Assembly: GCF_009914755.1 (NCBI RefSeq)
Contig: NC_060928.1
Length of the DNA stretch: 64,000 nt
DNA from: the human T2T-CHM13v2.0 reference genome, Homo sapiens
Strand: one strand, 5' to 3'
The notes under the pieces were generated by a model that worked only from the letters and a program-made list of their open reading frames with translations, did no database searches and was not told the origin of the DNA. Made by a program: the position numbers and the translations under genes. Position 1 is the first letter of the stretch. The number at the start of each line of letters is the position of its first letter. Shown here piece by piece: positions 53,677 to 64,000 of this stretch.

Positions 53677-54689
53677 AGCCTTATTGAGGTTCTTGCCATT
53701 ACCTGCTGTCCTGGGGAAGCTACTCTGAAGGGCAGAGCACCTGCTCTGTACCTAGTCTGAACCTACCACCTCCTTTGTTGCTGTGTGGCTTTACCCAATT
53801 CTCTTTACTGGGATGGGCTTCAATTCCCTCACCTATGAAATGCAGATAGCAGGCCACACCTGCAGTGTTGCTGGCAGTACTTCAGGCATGGATAGCTGCT
53901 CAGCACCTGGCAAAGGTTCTGGCCATAGCAATTGTTCACAGCTCAGTTTCCTACCTCTCTGCCCAAGGGCTGTTCCTTCTAGCAGGCTTGCACTCTACTT
54001 GTCCTCAAGGACAAGGTGCAAAACAGAAGCTCAGTGTGACAAGTCTGAAGTGAGGGTTGTTTAAAGTGCCGGTGGCTCCTGAGCATCCCATCTCTAGGCT
54101 CTTGTAATTGTGCTTACTGGAGGACATACCTTTCCCACTGACGTGCACTGGGGGCCCACGGCCGGGGATGGCCACTAGCCAAGAGAGGATTAGACCATTT
54201 TTGAGAAGTCTTAAGCAAACAAATAAATAACTATCCCCACCACTCCCCTGCCATGTGGGTGGAGAATGCCTTCTCAGTTTAATTTCCAACAGCTCCTCTT
54301 TGTGGGCCGACCAGCCACAGGCCACATTTTTTGGGGCACAGGACCCTGAATAGACTTCCCTTTGGATCCCAGCAGAAGACTTCGCCTGGGGGACTTTTCC
54401 CATTGCCAGGAAGGATAAAATTGCCATGACTCGACCCAGAGCTCAAGCCCTTGACAGTTCTCAAAACCCTTTTTCGTCCAGCTTCTCTTTTGATTTTTGA
54501 AATCAGCCCTACTGTGAGCAGGCCAGAGTGGCCTCATTATATCAACTTTGACAAAGATCAAGGGAAGCCCGGAGAGGGAGAGCTACCTGTCTAGCATCAC
54601 ACAGCAAGAGCCAGAGTAGGGACCTTGCCTGCTGGCTCCTGCTGGGGACACTTTCCCCAGCATGGCCCTCTGCACCCCAATATGAAACC

Positions 54690-55080
54690 CCCCAAGTTCC
54701 GGAAGGGAAGCGACGCCAGGCCCTTCCTGCCTTTTAAAGAGACTTCTCTTCTTCTCTCCACCCCCTTCTTCTTTAGTAAGTAGAACCATTAGTTTTTATT
54801 GACGGGACTAATGCTTTTCATTTAGGGCCAATTACAATAGGAAGGGAGACGCTTAAGGGTAACTGGGTGATGAAAGGCCCCCATTAGGGAACAAGCTCAG
54901 GAGCTGCTGTTTCCCATTTGTAATGCTGGTTCCACATGCGAGTCATATTTAAGCCATAAACGGTGGCGCCCAGGGAGCACTCGTGGATTGCCTTGAGAAA
55001 CCCGATACTTTTATCAAATCTCCAGATGGCTGTGTATTTGAGAAACCATTTATTTAATTTATTTTTTCCCCTTAGAGATG
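54690..55080. promoter_or_regulatory. Candidate developmental enhancer (homeodomain, SOX, bHLH cluster)
   Basis: Apparently repeat-free; several TAAT/ATTA cores, TTTTATTG, GCCATAAA, ACAATAG, CAGATGG; about 10 CpGs in 54700-55005. Confidence 0.4.
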
Positions 55081-57964
55081 CTTAGATTCTCAGAAGCTGG
55101 CTCCACCTAACCCCATGGACCTTCCAGTAACATCTATGCTCCTGCTTGAAATAATTGCCCTCTGGGTTTTACTGGCACCCCAGTGGCTGCTTGTAAACTC
55201 TTGCTCATTTTTTTTTTTCCTTTGCTTTTTGCAATTTTGCTCCGTAGGGGAGAAAATAAAGATGTGCTCAGTGCTTTCCTGGTGTTGGGTGCTGGGTTCC
55301 ACCCTTCACTTACCTTAGATCATTTGGTCTGGGTAGGGCCCCACCAATTGCACCCATTTCACAGATGAGAAAAGAGAGGCTCCCAGTAGCCCCTTTGCTT
55401 GCCTAAACCAGGAAGGGCAGAGGAGGGACGCCAGCCCAGGGCTGTCTGCCTCCTTTCAGGGCTGCAAATAATTTGCAACCTACCCTGAACATTTCTAATA
55501 GCCTGATATATTGTCTATTTACAAAGTATTTTCCCCCTTTAAACCAGAAACTTGGCAGGGCCCCGTGATTACGTAGTGGTTCCCCAGATGATTACGATGC
55601 GGTGTCTGGACTTCGTGGAAAGTTTTGGCATTAGTGGCTGCCTTTTGTTTTTTCTTTTCTTAAGGTTTGTGAAAGTAAACTGGCGCTTGCCCTGAGGGGC
55701 CTGGGCAAGTGGGGGCTGGAGCTGCTGAGGGAGGGTTAGGCAGGCTGCAGGCCCAGGAAGGGAGGGTGAACATAAACAGAGAAATGAGAGCGTAAACAGC
55801 AAATCAGCCTGGGACAGACACTCAAGGGATGGGTAGGAAGGGAATTCTGTCTGGGGTTGGTGGAAAATGAAGAAGGAAGTTGGAACCTGCTTTGAATCCT
55901 TTGAATCCTGCAGGCGGACTGACTTCAGGAGGGTGGGAAAGTCCAGAGTGTGTGGGGAAGTCTCCTGTTCCTGCTTGAGATGTCATTCCCAGGGTTGGAG
56001 AGTGCCCATGCCCAGCCCGGGAACTACAAGGACAAATGCCCTTCTCCTCTGACGAACTCGAACTAGGGGCAAGGTGCAGATGAACAATGGAATCAGTGCA
56101 TTCAGTATGTTCTGCAGCAGATAACAGTCCCACAATTGTGTTCCCATTTCATTTTACACTGCTAGGCTTTACAGTACCAGTACTGGTCTCATTTTAGGGA
56201 CAAGAAAGTTGAGTTCCAGGAGGCTGTCATTGGCTAAAATCTCCTAAAGTGTGAGTGGGAGGCTGAGATTCGAACCCCTTTTCAGCTTCCAAAATTGGAG
56301 AGTTTCAGCTCTCATCATTGCACAGAGCCACCTCTCTGGTAGAAGGCAGAGAATGGAGGAAAAGGCACCAAGGAGGGAGGGGACCACCCAGCTTGAGGTC
56401 AGGGAAGGCTTCCAGGAAGAGGTGATGCTGGAACCGAGCATTGGCAGGTGGAAGGGGCAAGTATTCTAGACAGACAAAATGGACTGGGCAAAGGTCTGGA
56501 GGCTTCATCCTACCCAGAGTGCATGGGGAGCTGACCAGAGTTTGGAGAGGGTGAGGCAATGGAGACTTTGGTGGTGGGGTGAGGAAAGTTGGAACCCCAA
56601 GCAGCCTGTCACCCAGCCCAGGGGACATGAGCTCCTGATTTTACCTTTGACATGTGTTTTGTAAGCGAAGTCTGATGGGACAATGGAGCATGCACATGGG
56701 CAGAGGAGCTCCATGCCATGTGTGTGCCCAGTGTTCCTGTGGCCCTTTTTGCACAAAGCATCTGTGAGGCCCCAGAGGTGCGGGGTGCATAGGAATTCAG
56801 CAGGACTCAAATCAAGTCCAAGGAAAGCAGGTTACATGTGTGGCTATGGAGGTCGTGGGGTGGGGTGCAGTAAGAAGAAGCTGCACTTTCTGTTCCAACC
56901 AGGACGTGCTTCAAGTGCAGAAAGAAGACAATGACATTCTAAGCAATGGGAATGACCCATTCTGTCCTTGCCTTTTCCTGCTACTTCCTTGGTATAAGAC
57001 AACCACCTATGCTGACAATGATGACAGAGAAAGAAAAAGAAGGATAGGGAAATCACAGGCTTTTTTTCGACTCAGTACTTCCTTAGTCCTCCATAAGCTG
57101 AAGGTAGAAAGTGGTGGCAGAATGCGTTCATCTCAAGACGTAAACTAAAAACAGCTGAATTGGCTTTGTGCAGTGTTTCCAGTTTTGGAAACAAGGACAT
57201 GCACAATACGCCACACGAATGTGTGATTTCTGCGATTTCACCTTCAAGTTAATTACTCTTATATGTGCATTAAAACTGGCATCACATGCTATGAAGTTGA
57301 ACCATGAAATTCATGCTAATAATATGAAATTTTAATTTAAAAAACTTACAATGTCATTAAATAACAAATTAAAATACACCACAGCAAGTCCAGAGAGACT
57401 ACAAAAGAATGGAAAACACTTTACATTTCTGTACATTTTTGTTGCTGTTGTTCTGTTTTTACAAAAAGGGGCCCTGAGCTCAGCTCCTGGGGGTGCTTGT
57501 TTGCTTTTAGGCCATGGCTTTGTCTGTTGGGAAAGGAATCTTCACAAGTCCTGACACCTCTCCAGGCCTCAGTCTCCCCACTGTTAAAATCAAAAGAGCA
57601 GGAAAATAGTATCAGAATTGTGGACAGAGACTAGACTTGGTCAGACAGAATGGGGGGTGGGACCCTGGCTCTACCAGCTCATAGCTGTGGGTTTGGACAT
57701 ATTGTTTAATCCCTCAGAACCTTGATTTCTTCATCTGAAAAGTAAGGCCACCCATGCTCACTTTGCAGTGTGGCTGTGCGCATTGACTGGGTGTGTGCTG
57801 ACTGTGGGGGCTAATCTTGAGTGAGTTGCCTGACCTCAGCTTTAATGTCTTCATCCAGAAAATAAGGAAAATCATACTCCATAGAGTTGTCATCAGACAT
57901 TTAGCGCCATAGATGGCAAAATACTAAATATTTAGTAAATGATTGGGTGCTATTATTTTAAATT

Positions 57965-58266
57965 AATTAAAATTATTTGAGACAGAGTCTCACTCCCTCA
58001 CCCAGGCTGGAGTGCTGTGACGCCATGCAGCTCTCTGCAGCCTCGACTCCCTGGGCTCAAGCAATCTGCAGGCTTCAGCCTCCTGAGTAGCTGGGACTAC
58101 AGGCCTGCGCCACCACACTGGCTTTTTTTTTTTTTTTTTTTTTTTAAAGTAGAGAGAGGGTTTTGTCTTGTTGCCCAGGCTGGTCTCAAACTCCTGGGGT
58201 CAAGCAGTTTGTCCAGCTGGGCCTTCCAAAGTGATGGGATTACAGGTGTGAGCCACCACACTGGGC
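57965..58266 (-). mobile_element. AluJ with linker expanded to T23 (58123-58145)
   Basis: CTGCAGCCTCGACTCCCTGGGCTCAAGC J-type segment; TSD-like TTTAAATTAATT / TTTAGATTAATT. Confidence 0.92.
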
Positions 58267-58579
58267 TTTAGATTAATTTTTAAGATACATAGTAGATGTA
58301 CACCCATGGTGACCACCTTCAGTTTTATGTGCCAGATCCCTGCCCACACAATTTCTTGGTGCAGCGCCTATCTGCTTCTAGAATGTTCCCATCTTCCCAT
58401 TATGTGGTTTCCAGAGGCAGCCATGTTCCCAGGTGATTCCTCCCATCTGGCCACTGTTGATTAGTCTGTGGGTGTCCCGTGACCAACTTGCAGAAACGTG
58501 AAAAATAAATGTCTGTTGTTTAAACCACCCAGCCTACGGTATTTTGTTACAGCAGCCCAAATTGAGACACCTACCCCTA

Positions 58580-60270
58580 CTACCCACATATGTTCAACTG
58601 ATTTTCAACAAATGTGTAAAGATAATTCAGTTTCATCAAATGGTGCTGGAAAAACTGGACCTCTAGATGCAAAAATATGAGCCTTAATCTATACCTTGTA
58701 TCATATAGAAAATGCAAAATGGATTATAGACATAAATGTAAAACCGAAAATGCTAAAACATCTAGAAGAAAACATCATGGAAAATCTTTGTGGCTTTGCT
58801 TTATGCAAAGATTTCTTAGATACAACACCAAAAGCACAGTGCATAAAGAACAAATTGATGAATTGTACTTTATTAAAATTAACAACTCCTGTTCTTCAAA
58901 AGACACTGTTAAGAGATTGAAAAGGCAGAGATTAAGAGAAATTATTTGTAATCACATATTAGTAAAGGTTTTGTTTTCAGAATATGTTTAAAAACTCTTT
59001 AAAATGAGAAAATAAACATTGGGGAAAATATTTGAACAGACACTACACCAAGGAAAATATGTGTATTAAAAGATGCTCCCCGCTATTAATCATTAAAGAA
59101 ATGCAAATTAAAACTACAATACGATACCACTGCATGCCAACTGGAATGGCTAAAATTAAAAAGACAGACCATCCCAAGTGTGGGTGAGGATGCAAAGCAA
59201 CTGGTGGGTTCTCAAACACTGGTGGTAGGAATGTGAAAGGGTACAACAACTATGGAAAACAGTTGTTTAAAAAGTTAAACGTACATCTACCATATCACCC
59301 ACTCATTCTATTCCTGTGTATCCCCAAGAGGAACAATGGCATCTGTGCACACAAACGCTTGTACAGGAATGTCCATAGCAGCTTTTTAAATAATAGTGAG
59401 AAACTAGAAACAACCTAAATATCCACCAATGGGAGAATGCATAAACAAATTGTGGTACGTCTATACAATGGAATACTTAACAACTAAAAAGAATGAATAA
59501 CTGATGCATACAACAACATGCATAACACTCAAAAGCATTATTGCTAAGGTTTGAATATTTGTCCCCTCCAAAACTCATGTCGAAGCTTAATCCCCACTGC
59601 AGCAGCATTGAGAGGTAGGGTCTTTAGGAAGTGATTGGGTTCATTCATGGACCCAATGGGATTAGTCCATTTATGAATTAATGGATTAATGCATTAATGG
59701 ATTAATGGGTTATCATGGGACTGGGACCAGTGGCTTCATAAGAAGAGGAAGAGAGACCTGGGCCAGCACACTCAGCCCCCTTGTCATGAAGTGCCCTGTA
59801 CTGCCTTGGGACTCTGCAGAGAGTCCCTGCCAGCAAGAAGGCCCTCACCAGATGAGCTCCTGGACTTTGGACTTCTCAGCCACTATAACTGTAAGAAATA
59901 AATTCCTCTTCTTTATAAATTACCCAGTTTCAGGTATTCTGTTATAAGCAACAGAAAACAGACTAAGACACTTATGCTGAATGAAATAAACCAGACTAAA
60001 GAGTACATGTATGATTTCATTGATGCAAAATTCTGGAAAATGCATATTAATCTACAGTGACAAAAAGCAAATCAATATTTCCCTGAGTAGGGGGTAGGGA
60101 GGACAGGAAGAAAAGAGTACAGATAGGCATACGGAAAGTTCGGGATCATGGATTTGTTTACTCTCTTGATTGTGATAGTTCACAGGTATAGAAATATGTC
60201 AATTGTATACAATTGTACACTTAAAATATGTGCAGTTTATTATATGTCAATTATACCTCAGTAAAGATAT
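58580..60270 (+). mobile_element. L1MC/MD-type LINE-1 (ORF2 end plus 3' UTR) interrupted by an MST LTR
   Basis: ORF 58696-58920 KWIIDINVKPKMLKHLEEN...KDFLDTTPKAQ matches L1 ORF2p; ends ATGTCAATTATACCTCAGTAAAG. Confidence 0.9.
59542..59970 (+). mobile_element. MST (C/B2-like) solo LTR
   Basis: TGCTAAGGTTTGAATATTTGTCCCCTCCAAAACTCATG...GACTAAGACA; TSD ATTAT / CTTAT. Confidence 0.9.
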
Positions 60271-60622
60271 AAAGACAAAATTGAAGCAATGCTAAGCACA
60301 GTAAATGTCAATGATTGCTAATATTTTTCCTGATAGCATAACTGAAGCCCAGAGAGAGATGTGACTTCATCTCACATTTATTCTATTCATTCACTCATTC
60401 ATCCTTTTACGCACATTTTTGCCCCTACAAATATTTCTTGTGCACCTACTATGTCCTCAGCCCTGGTTTAGGAGCCTGAGATGCAAAGACGAATGGAAAG
60501 GCATCCCTTTCCCCTCTGGACCTCTCAGTGGTCACAAGTTAATGATCCTAAATGAGAGACAGCCCTTCAGCATTTCTGGGCCTCAGTGGCCTTGCATGGG
60601 ACACACACAGATTACATTAGTT

Positions 60623-61062
60623 GCTGAGAATCCTAGAGACCTATTTGTCCTCAGATCCAGATCTCACACTTCCCCTGATTTGCTCGGTATCTACAGAGGC
60701 TGACTCCCGCAGGCTGCAACTCCCAGGCTCCATGTCAGCTTAATGGAAGGTTCAACTAATGGAAGGTTCTGGAAGGACACTCAAGGGAAGATTCAGGGAG
60801 GAGGAGTGGTGCAGGATCTCTCCCCTTCTTCTTTGCCTCACTGCGTCTCCAGAAGCAACCACACCTCCTGCATGGCTCAGCTGCCATCCTGGGATACAGC
60901 ACAGCCCACTAGTCCTGGCTCCACTAGCACCATCTCCCTTTGCCTCTGCAACGTAGGGGTGCCAGTGTCTCCTGCTGTCACAATCTCTGTACATCTGCAC
61001 ACATTTCCTACCTTGTCAAGTCTGAAAGTGGCTTCTACTTTCCTGGTTAAACTCTGACTGGC
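60623..61062 (+). mobile_element. LTR33-family ERVL LTR
   Basis: GAGGCTGACTCCCGCAGGCTGC..CTCCCAGGCTCC...GTGGCTTCTACTTTCCTGGTTAAACTCTGACTG. Confidence 0.6.
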
Positions 61063-61299
61063 GAAAATCTCTTCTAAGGTTTCTTCTGGATTAAAAAAAA
61101 ATTCAAGAACTTCATACTAGAATTTCAAGCAGGGTGTCAGGCAGGGAGGGAGATATTTGGGGGTTGGGAGGGCCTCCTAGAGGCCTCTGCAGGCTCATCA
61201 CACAGACAGCTGCATTACTTCATGGCAGGACCCCTGAGAAATCATGCCTGGGGCCTGAATCCAGCCCCAAATCTGTAGTTCAGGGAAGCATTCGGCAGG

Positions 61300-61560
61300 A
61301 AGCTTAGATGTGTTTCCATCCAGAGTTCAACACAGATCAAAGTGGTGTGGCAACGCCATGCCCTGTCACTTCAATTAAAGTGATCCCAAGGTGCGTTGGC
61401 GGGACATATTGGGTCCAACCAGACTCTGCCATCCAGTATCAGCTGGGAATTTCAAGTGGAACAGCTGCTGTGTCACTGTACATGTGTGTCTCTCTACACT
61501 CACGTGTGCGTCCTCAAGTCTAGAAATCCTATTGATCCTGTGTAACTCTTGAGAAACGGA
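61300..61560. promoter_or_regulatory. Candidate enhancer (TCF/LEF, MEIS, NKX2, E-boxes)
   Basis: AGATCAAAG at 61334-61342, CTGTCA, TCAAGTGG, two CAGCTG, CACGTG. Motif evidence only. Confidence 0.3.
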
Positions 61561-62299
61561 GATGCCCAGGACTGAATGTATGCAAAATGTTTTGCTTCTT
61601 TTCTTTCAAAGAAAGCTGTTACTAAATCCATGATGCTTCTGATAATTGATGGTGCCTTAGAATTGAGGAAATAGAGGCTCCCCTCCCCAAGAATACCACT
61701 TTGGTTAATGTGCTCCCAGGAGGAATCTCCTTGGTTTTTAATATCCAAATTTTATAGACTATCTATATCTCATAGTACTTCATTTTGAGGGATGAGTGTT
61801 TACATTTAAAAGTTATATTTATGTCTAAATAACTCAACATAACATTTTCCCTAAATAAAATGATGAGTAAGAAAAGTCTCCAATTACATCCCAAATAAAA
61901 TCCGCAGACTCTCAGAATCATATATACACATGTCAACCAAAGGAGTGTGTGTTTCAGCTGATGTTGGCACTGAAGGAGGCCTTCCATATTCTGCCCGGTG
62001 TGAGCCATCTGTGCTGTCGTGTGCTTGTCCACAGTGATGTCAAAGTGCGCCCTTGCTTTTGCCTGGTGTTGAACAATATGTCCCCTCAAGAGTTGAGTAT
62101 TATGGCGAGGAAACTGGTTATGGTGGAAAGAAAGATGCTATCCAACAAGAAGTACATCAGCCAGCTATTAAGTAACAAATCACCCCCAAAGCTCAGTGAC
62201 TTAAAACACCAATCATGCATCTTCAGGGTGGAGGTTGGCTGAGCTAGGTTGGGTGCAGCTGGATATTCTAGGATAGAATTGGCATTTACTGGGAGGGGA

Positions 62300-62600
62300 A
62301 GACACTAGAAATGACAGGTTTGTGGGTACAGGGAGCTTCAGTGGTTGGGTCAAGGGCATGTTCAGTTTGAGAGAGTGAGTAGACTTCCAGATAAAGGTGT
62401 TAAGCAGGAAGTTGGAGAATTGAGCCTGGGCCTCAGGGGAGAGAACAGGCCTTGAGATTCCAGTTTGGGGAGCATCTGTTGATATTTAAAGCCATCAGAT
62501 AGGGTCAAGTTAGCAAGGGCATGAATATGGACAAGAAGAGAAGATACCCAAGCGTATCCAGGACAAGGAGGATCTGGTGCAGTGTGGATTTGGGAATTCA
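62300..62600 (-). mobile_element. L2 fragment
   Basis: TTTGGGGAGCATCTGTTGATATTTAAAGCCAT and CTCAGGGGAGAG. Confidence 0.6.
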
Positions 62601-62659
62601 CAGAGCATCACTCCACTCCTAAGAGACTGAGGGCAATGATAAGCAGAAATCACTGCTGC

Positions 62660-63059
62660 CTCGACTGGCCTCCGAGTGGTGGCCCAAGGGCTATAAAGTA
62701 GCCCAGCCCAGACATGTGTTTTCTCAAACTTCATAGTGTTTTTTCAAAGAATTTGAATTAGCAACTGGCATTCAAAAATGGAACAATTTCCCCAAAAGTT
62801 CTAGATGTTCAACTTCTATTGACAGATTAGAAGCTCTGGGCATCATGGGCCTGTATTCCTACCTGGCAACACTCAGCCAGAGCTGAGAAGTAGTTGCCAT
62901 GGAGGCAGGCCAGAGCGGAGACATGGTTGCCATGGAGACAGGCCTGGGCACCTCAGTTTCCCCATCCCCACCACTCCCTATTGCCTTACACCCACTGCAC
63001 TTGGCTCATTTGTGTTTCCTGCCTAACCCCTGTGGGCCCTTAAGTGTGTAAGTCCCTGG
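62660..63059. mobile_element. MER102-like hAT-Charlie element
   Basis: CAGACATGTGTTTT...AATTTGAATTAG...GCCAGAGCTGAG...CCCCACCACTCCCTATTG. Confidence 0.7.
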
Positions 63060-63789
63060 CTTAGTCTATGGAAGTTCTCTGTATATCTGCACATCATGTC
63101 CCCAGGATTCCTGACCTCAGAGAAGATTTGGGGCTTCTTGAATCTGTGCCCCCCATAGCCATGGAGCCCATGGGGTGGCCAAAGCCTCCTGGATACCTCA
63201 CAACATATCTTTGGAGCATTGGAGCATGAGTTTGCCATTGAGGACCTAAACTGCAAGGCTGTGTAAAACATTTTATGTGAGAAGTGAGGAGCTTTCCTTC
63301 TCGGCTGTAGTTGGGCTATGTCAGAGCCAAGTCCAGAGTTCATGTCATGGACTAAACTCACCCAGAGGCCTTTAGGAAATGAAGGAGCAAAGTGAGAAGG
63401 AAGGAGCTGGGCACTTCTTTGCATCGTCCAGGCCCCTTGCATGCCCTGCCAGCCTTCCCCTGGGACACTTACCTTTTGTGGTACATCAGGGTCTTGAATG
63501 ACTACAGCGTGAAAATGGCAAAGCAGACATTTTTCCCAAGCTCCGTCCTCAAGGCACAGAGGAATTTTAAATGGCTCTGGGTTGGGGTACTTGGCATAAT
63601 TTGCAGCACTAAATCCAAAACAGATTTGAGCAGCCACAGCCACAGAGCCACAGTGCTGGGTCCCAGGTCTGGAATGTCATTGGAACAGGAGTTGCCCAGC
63701 TTGTGCTGGAAGAATGAGGAGCACTGGTGGGAGAATGGAGTGGAGGCTACACAGCGTTCTGGGCACCAGATGCAAGGTGGCCGAGTCGC

Positions 63790-63985
63790 AGCGCTGCAGT
63801 CATGGGCAAATCACTTGGCTTTTCTGGACCTCACTTTTCTCATCTCTGAAATGGGAGAGGGGTTTCAGTTGATGATGCCAACGAATTACAATGGCTCAAG
63901 GAAGTGGTGTTGAGAGGATTCCCACCTTGGCCCTCAGCAGCCCTATGGGACACTGGGGAGTAGTGTTTAAGGCACTTGGCACCAG
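63790..63985 (+). mobile_element. MIR SINE
   Basis: GGGCAAATCACTTGGCTTTTCTGGACCTCACTTTTCTCATCTCTGAAATGGG. Confidence 0.75.
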
Positions 63986-64000
63986 ACTGGATGAGACTGA

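Noticed and set aside
54140-55620. Possible CpG-island promoter
   Set aside because: CpGs are only mildly enriched and scattered; no dense island or GC-box cluster.
57903-57918. GCGCCATAGATGGCA as a CTCF site
   Set aside because: One base short in the core relative to CCACTAGATGGC, and it lies among MIR fragments.
58677-59418. L1 ORF2-like peptides as a functional gene
   Set aside because: Fragmented by stops and frameshifts; a decayed LINE-1.
63023-63913. Longest ORFs (206 aa on -, 173 aa on +)
   Set aside because: They overlap in antisense, run into MER102-like and MIR sequence, and show no recognisable domain; such lengths can arise by chance in 64 kb.

Overview
Primate non-coding genomic DNA; an AluY is present, so the source is catarrhine and most plausibly human. 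I find no credible protein-coding exon, processed pseudogene, structural RNA gene or CpG-island promoter. The only ORFs I recognise are translations of repeats: Alu frames, LINE-1 ORF2 remnants and microsatellites. The window is dense in interspersed repeats: about 20 Alus or Alu monomers, many MIR and L2 fragments, MaLR/ERVL/ERV1 solo LTRs, old L1 pieces and hAT/Tigger DNA transposons, often nested and with readable target-site duplications (TSDs). Between them lie repeat-free blocks rich in homeodomain, bHLH and TCF motifs that resemble developmental enhancers, consistent with a gene desert or a large intron. I cannot assign the locus. Repeat subfamily names come from my recall of consensus sequences and need RepeatMasker/Dfam confirmation. 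No new biological system is demonstrated. The most unusual structures are: a locally triplicated LTR16 segment in +/-/+ orientation (36.5-38.0 kb); a 21-bp self-templated hairpin insertion inside an Alu (12.48 kb); reuse of one L1-endonuclease site by an L1PB and then an AluY (20.2-21.2 kb); and small duplications that create or multiply transcription-factor motifs.
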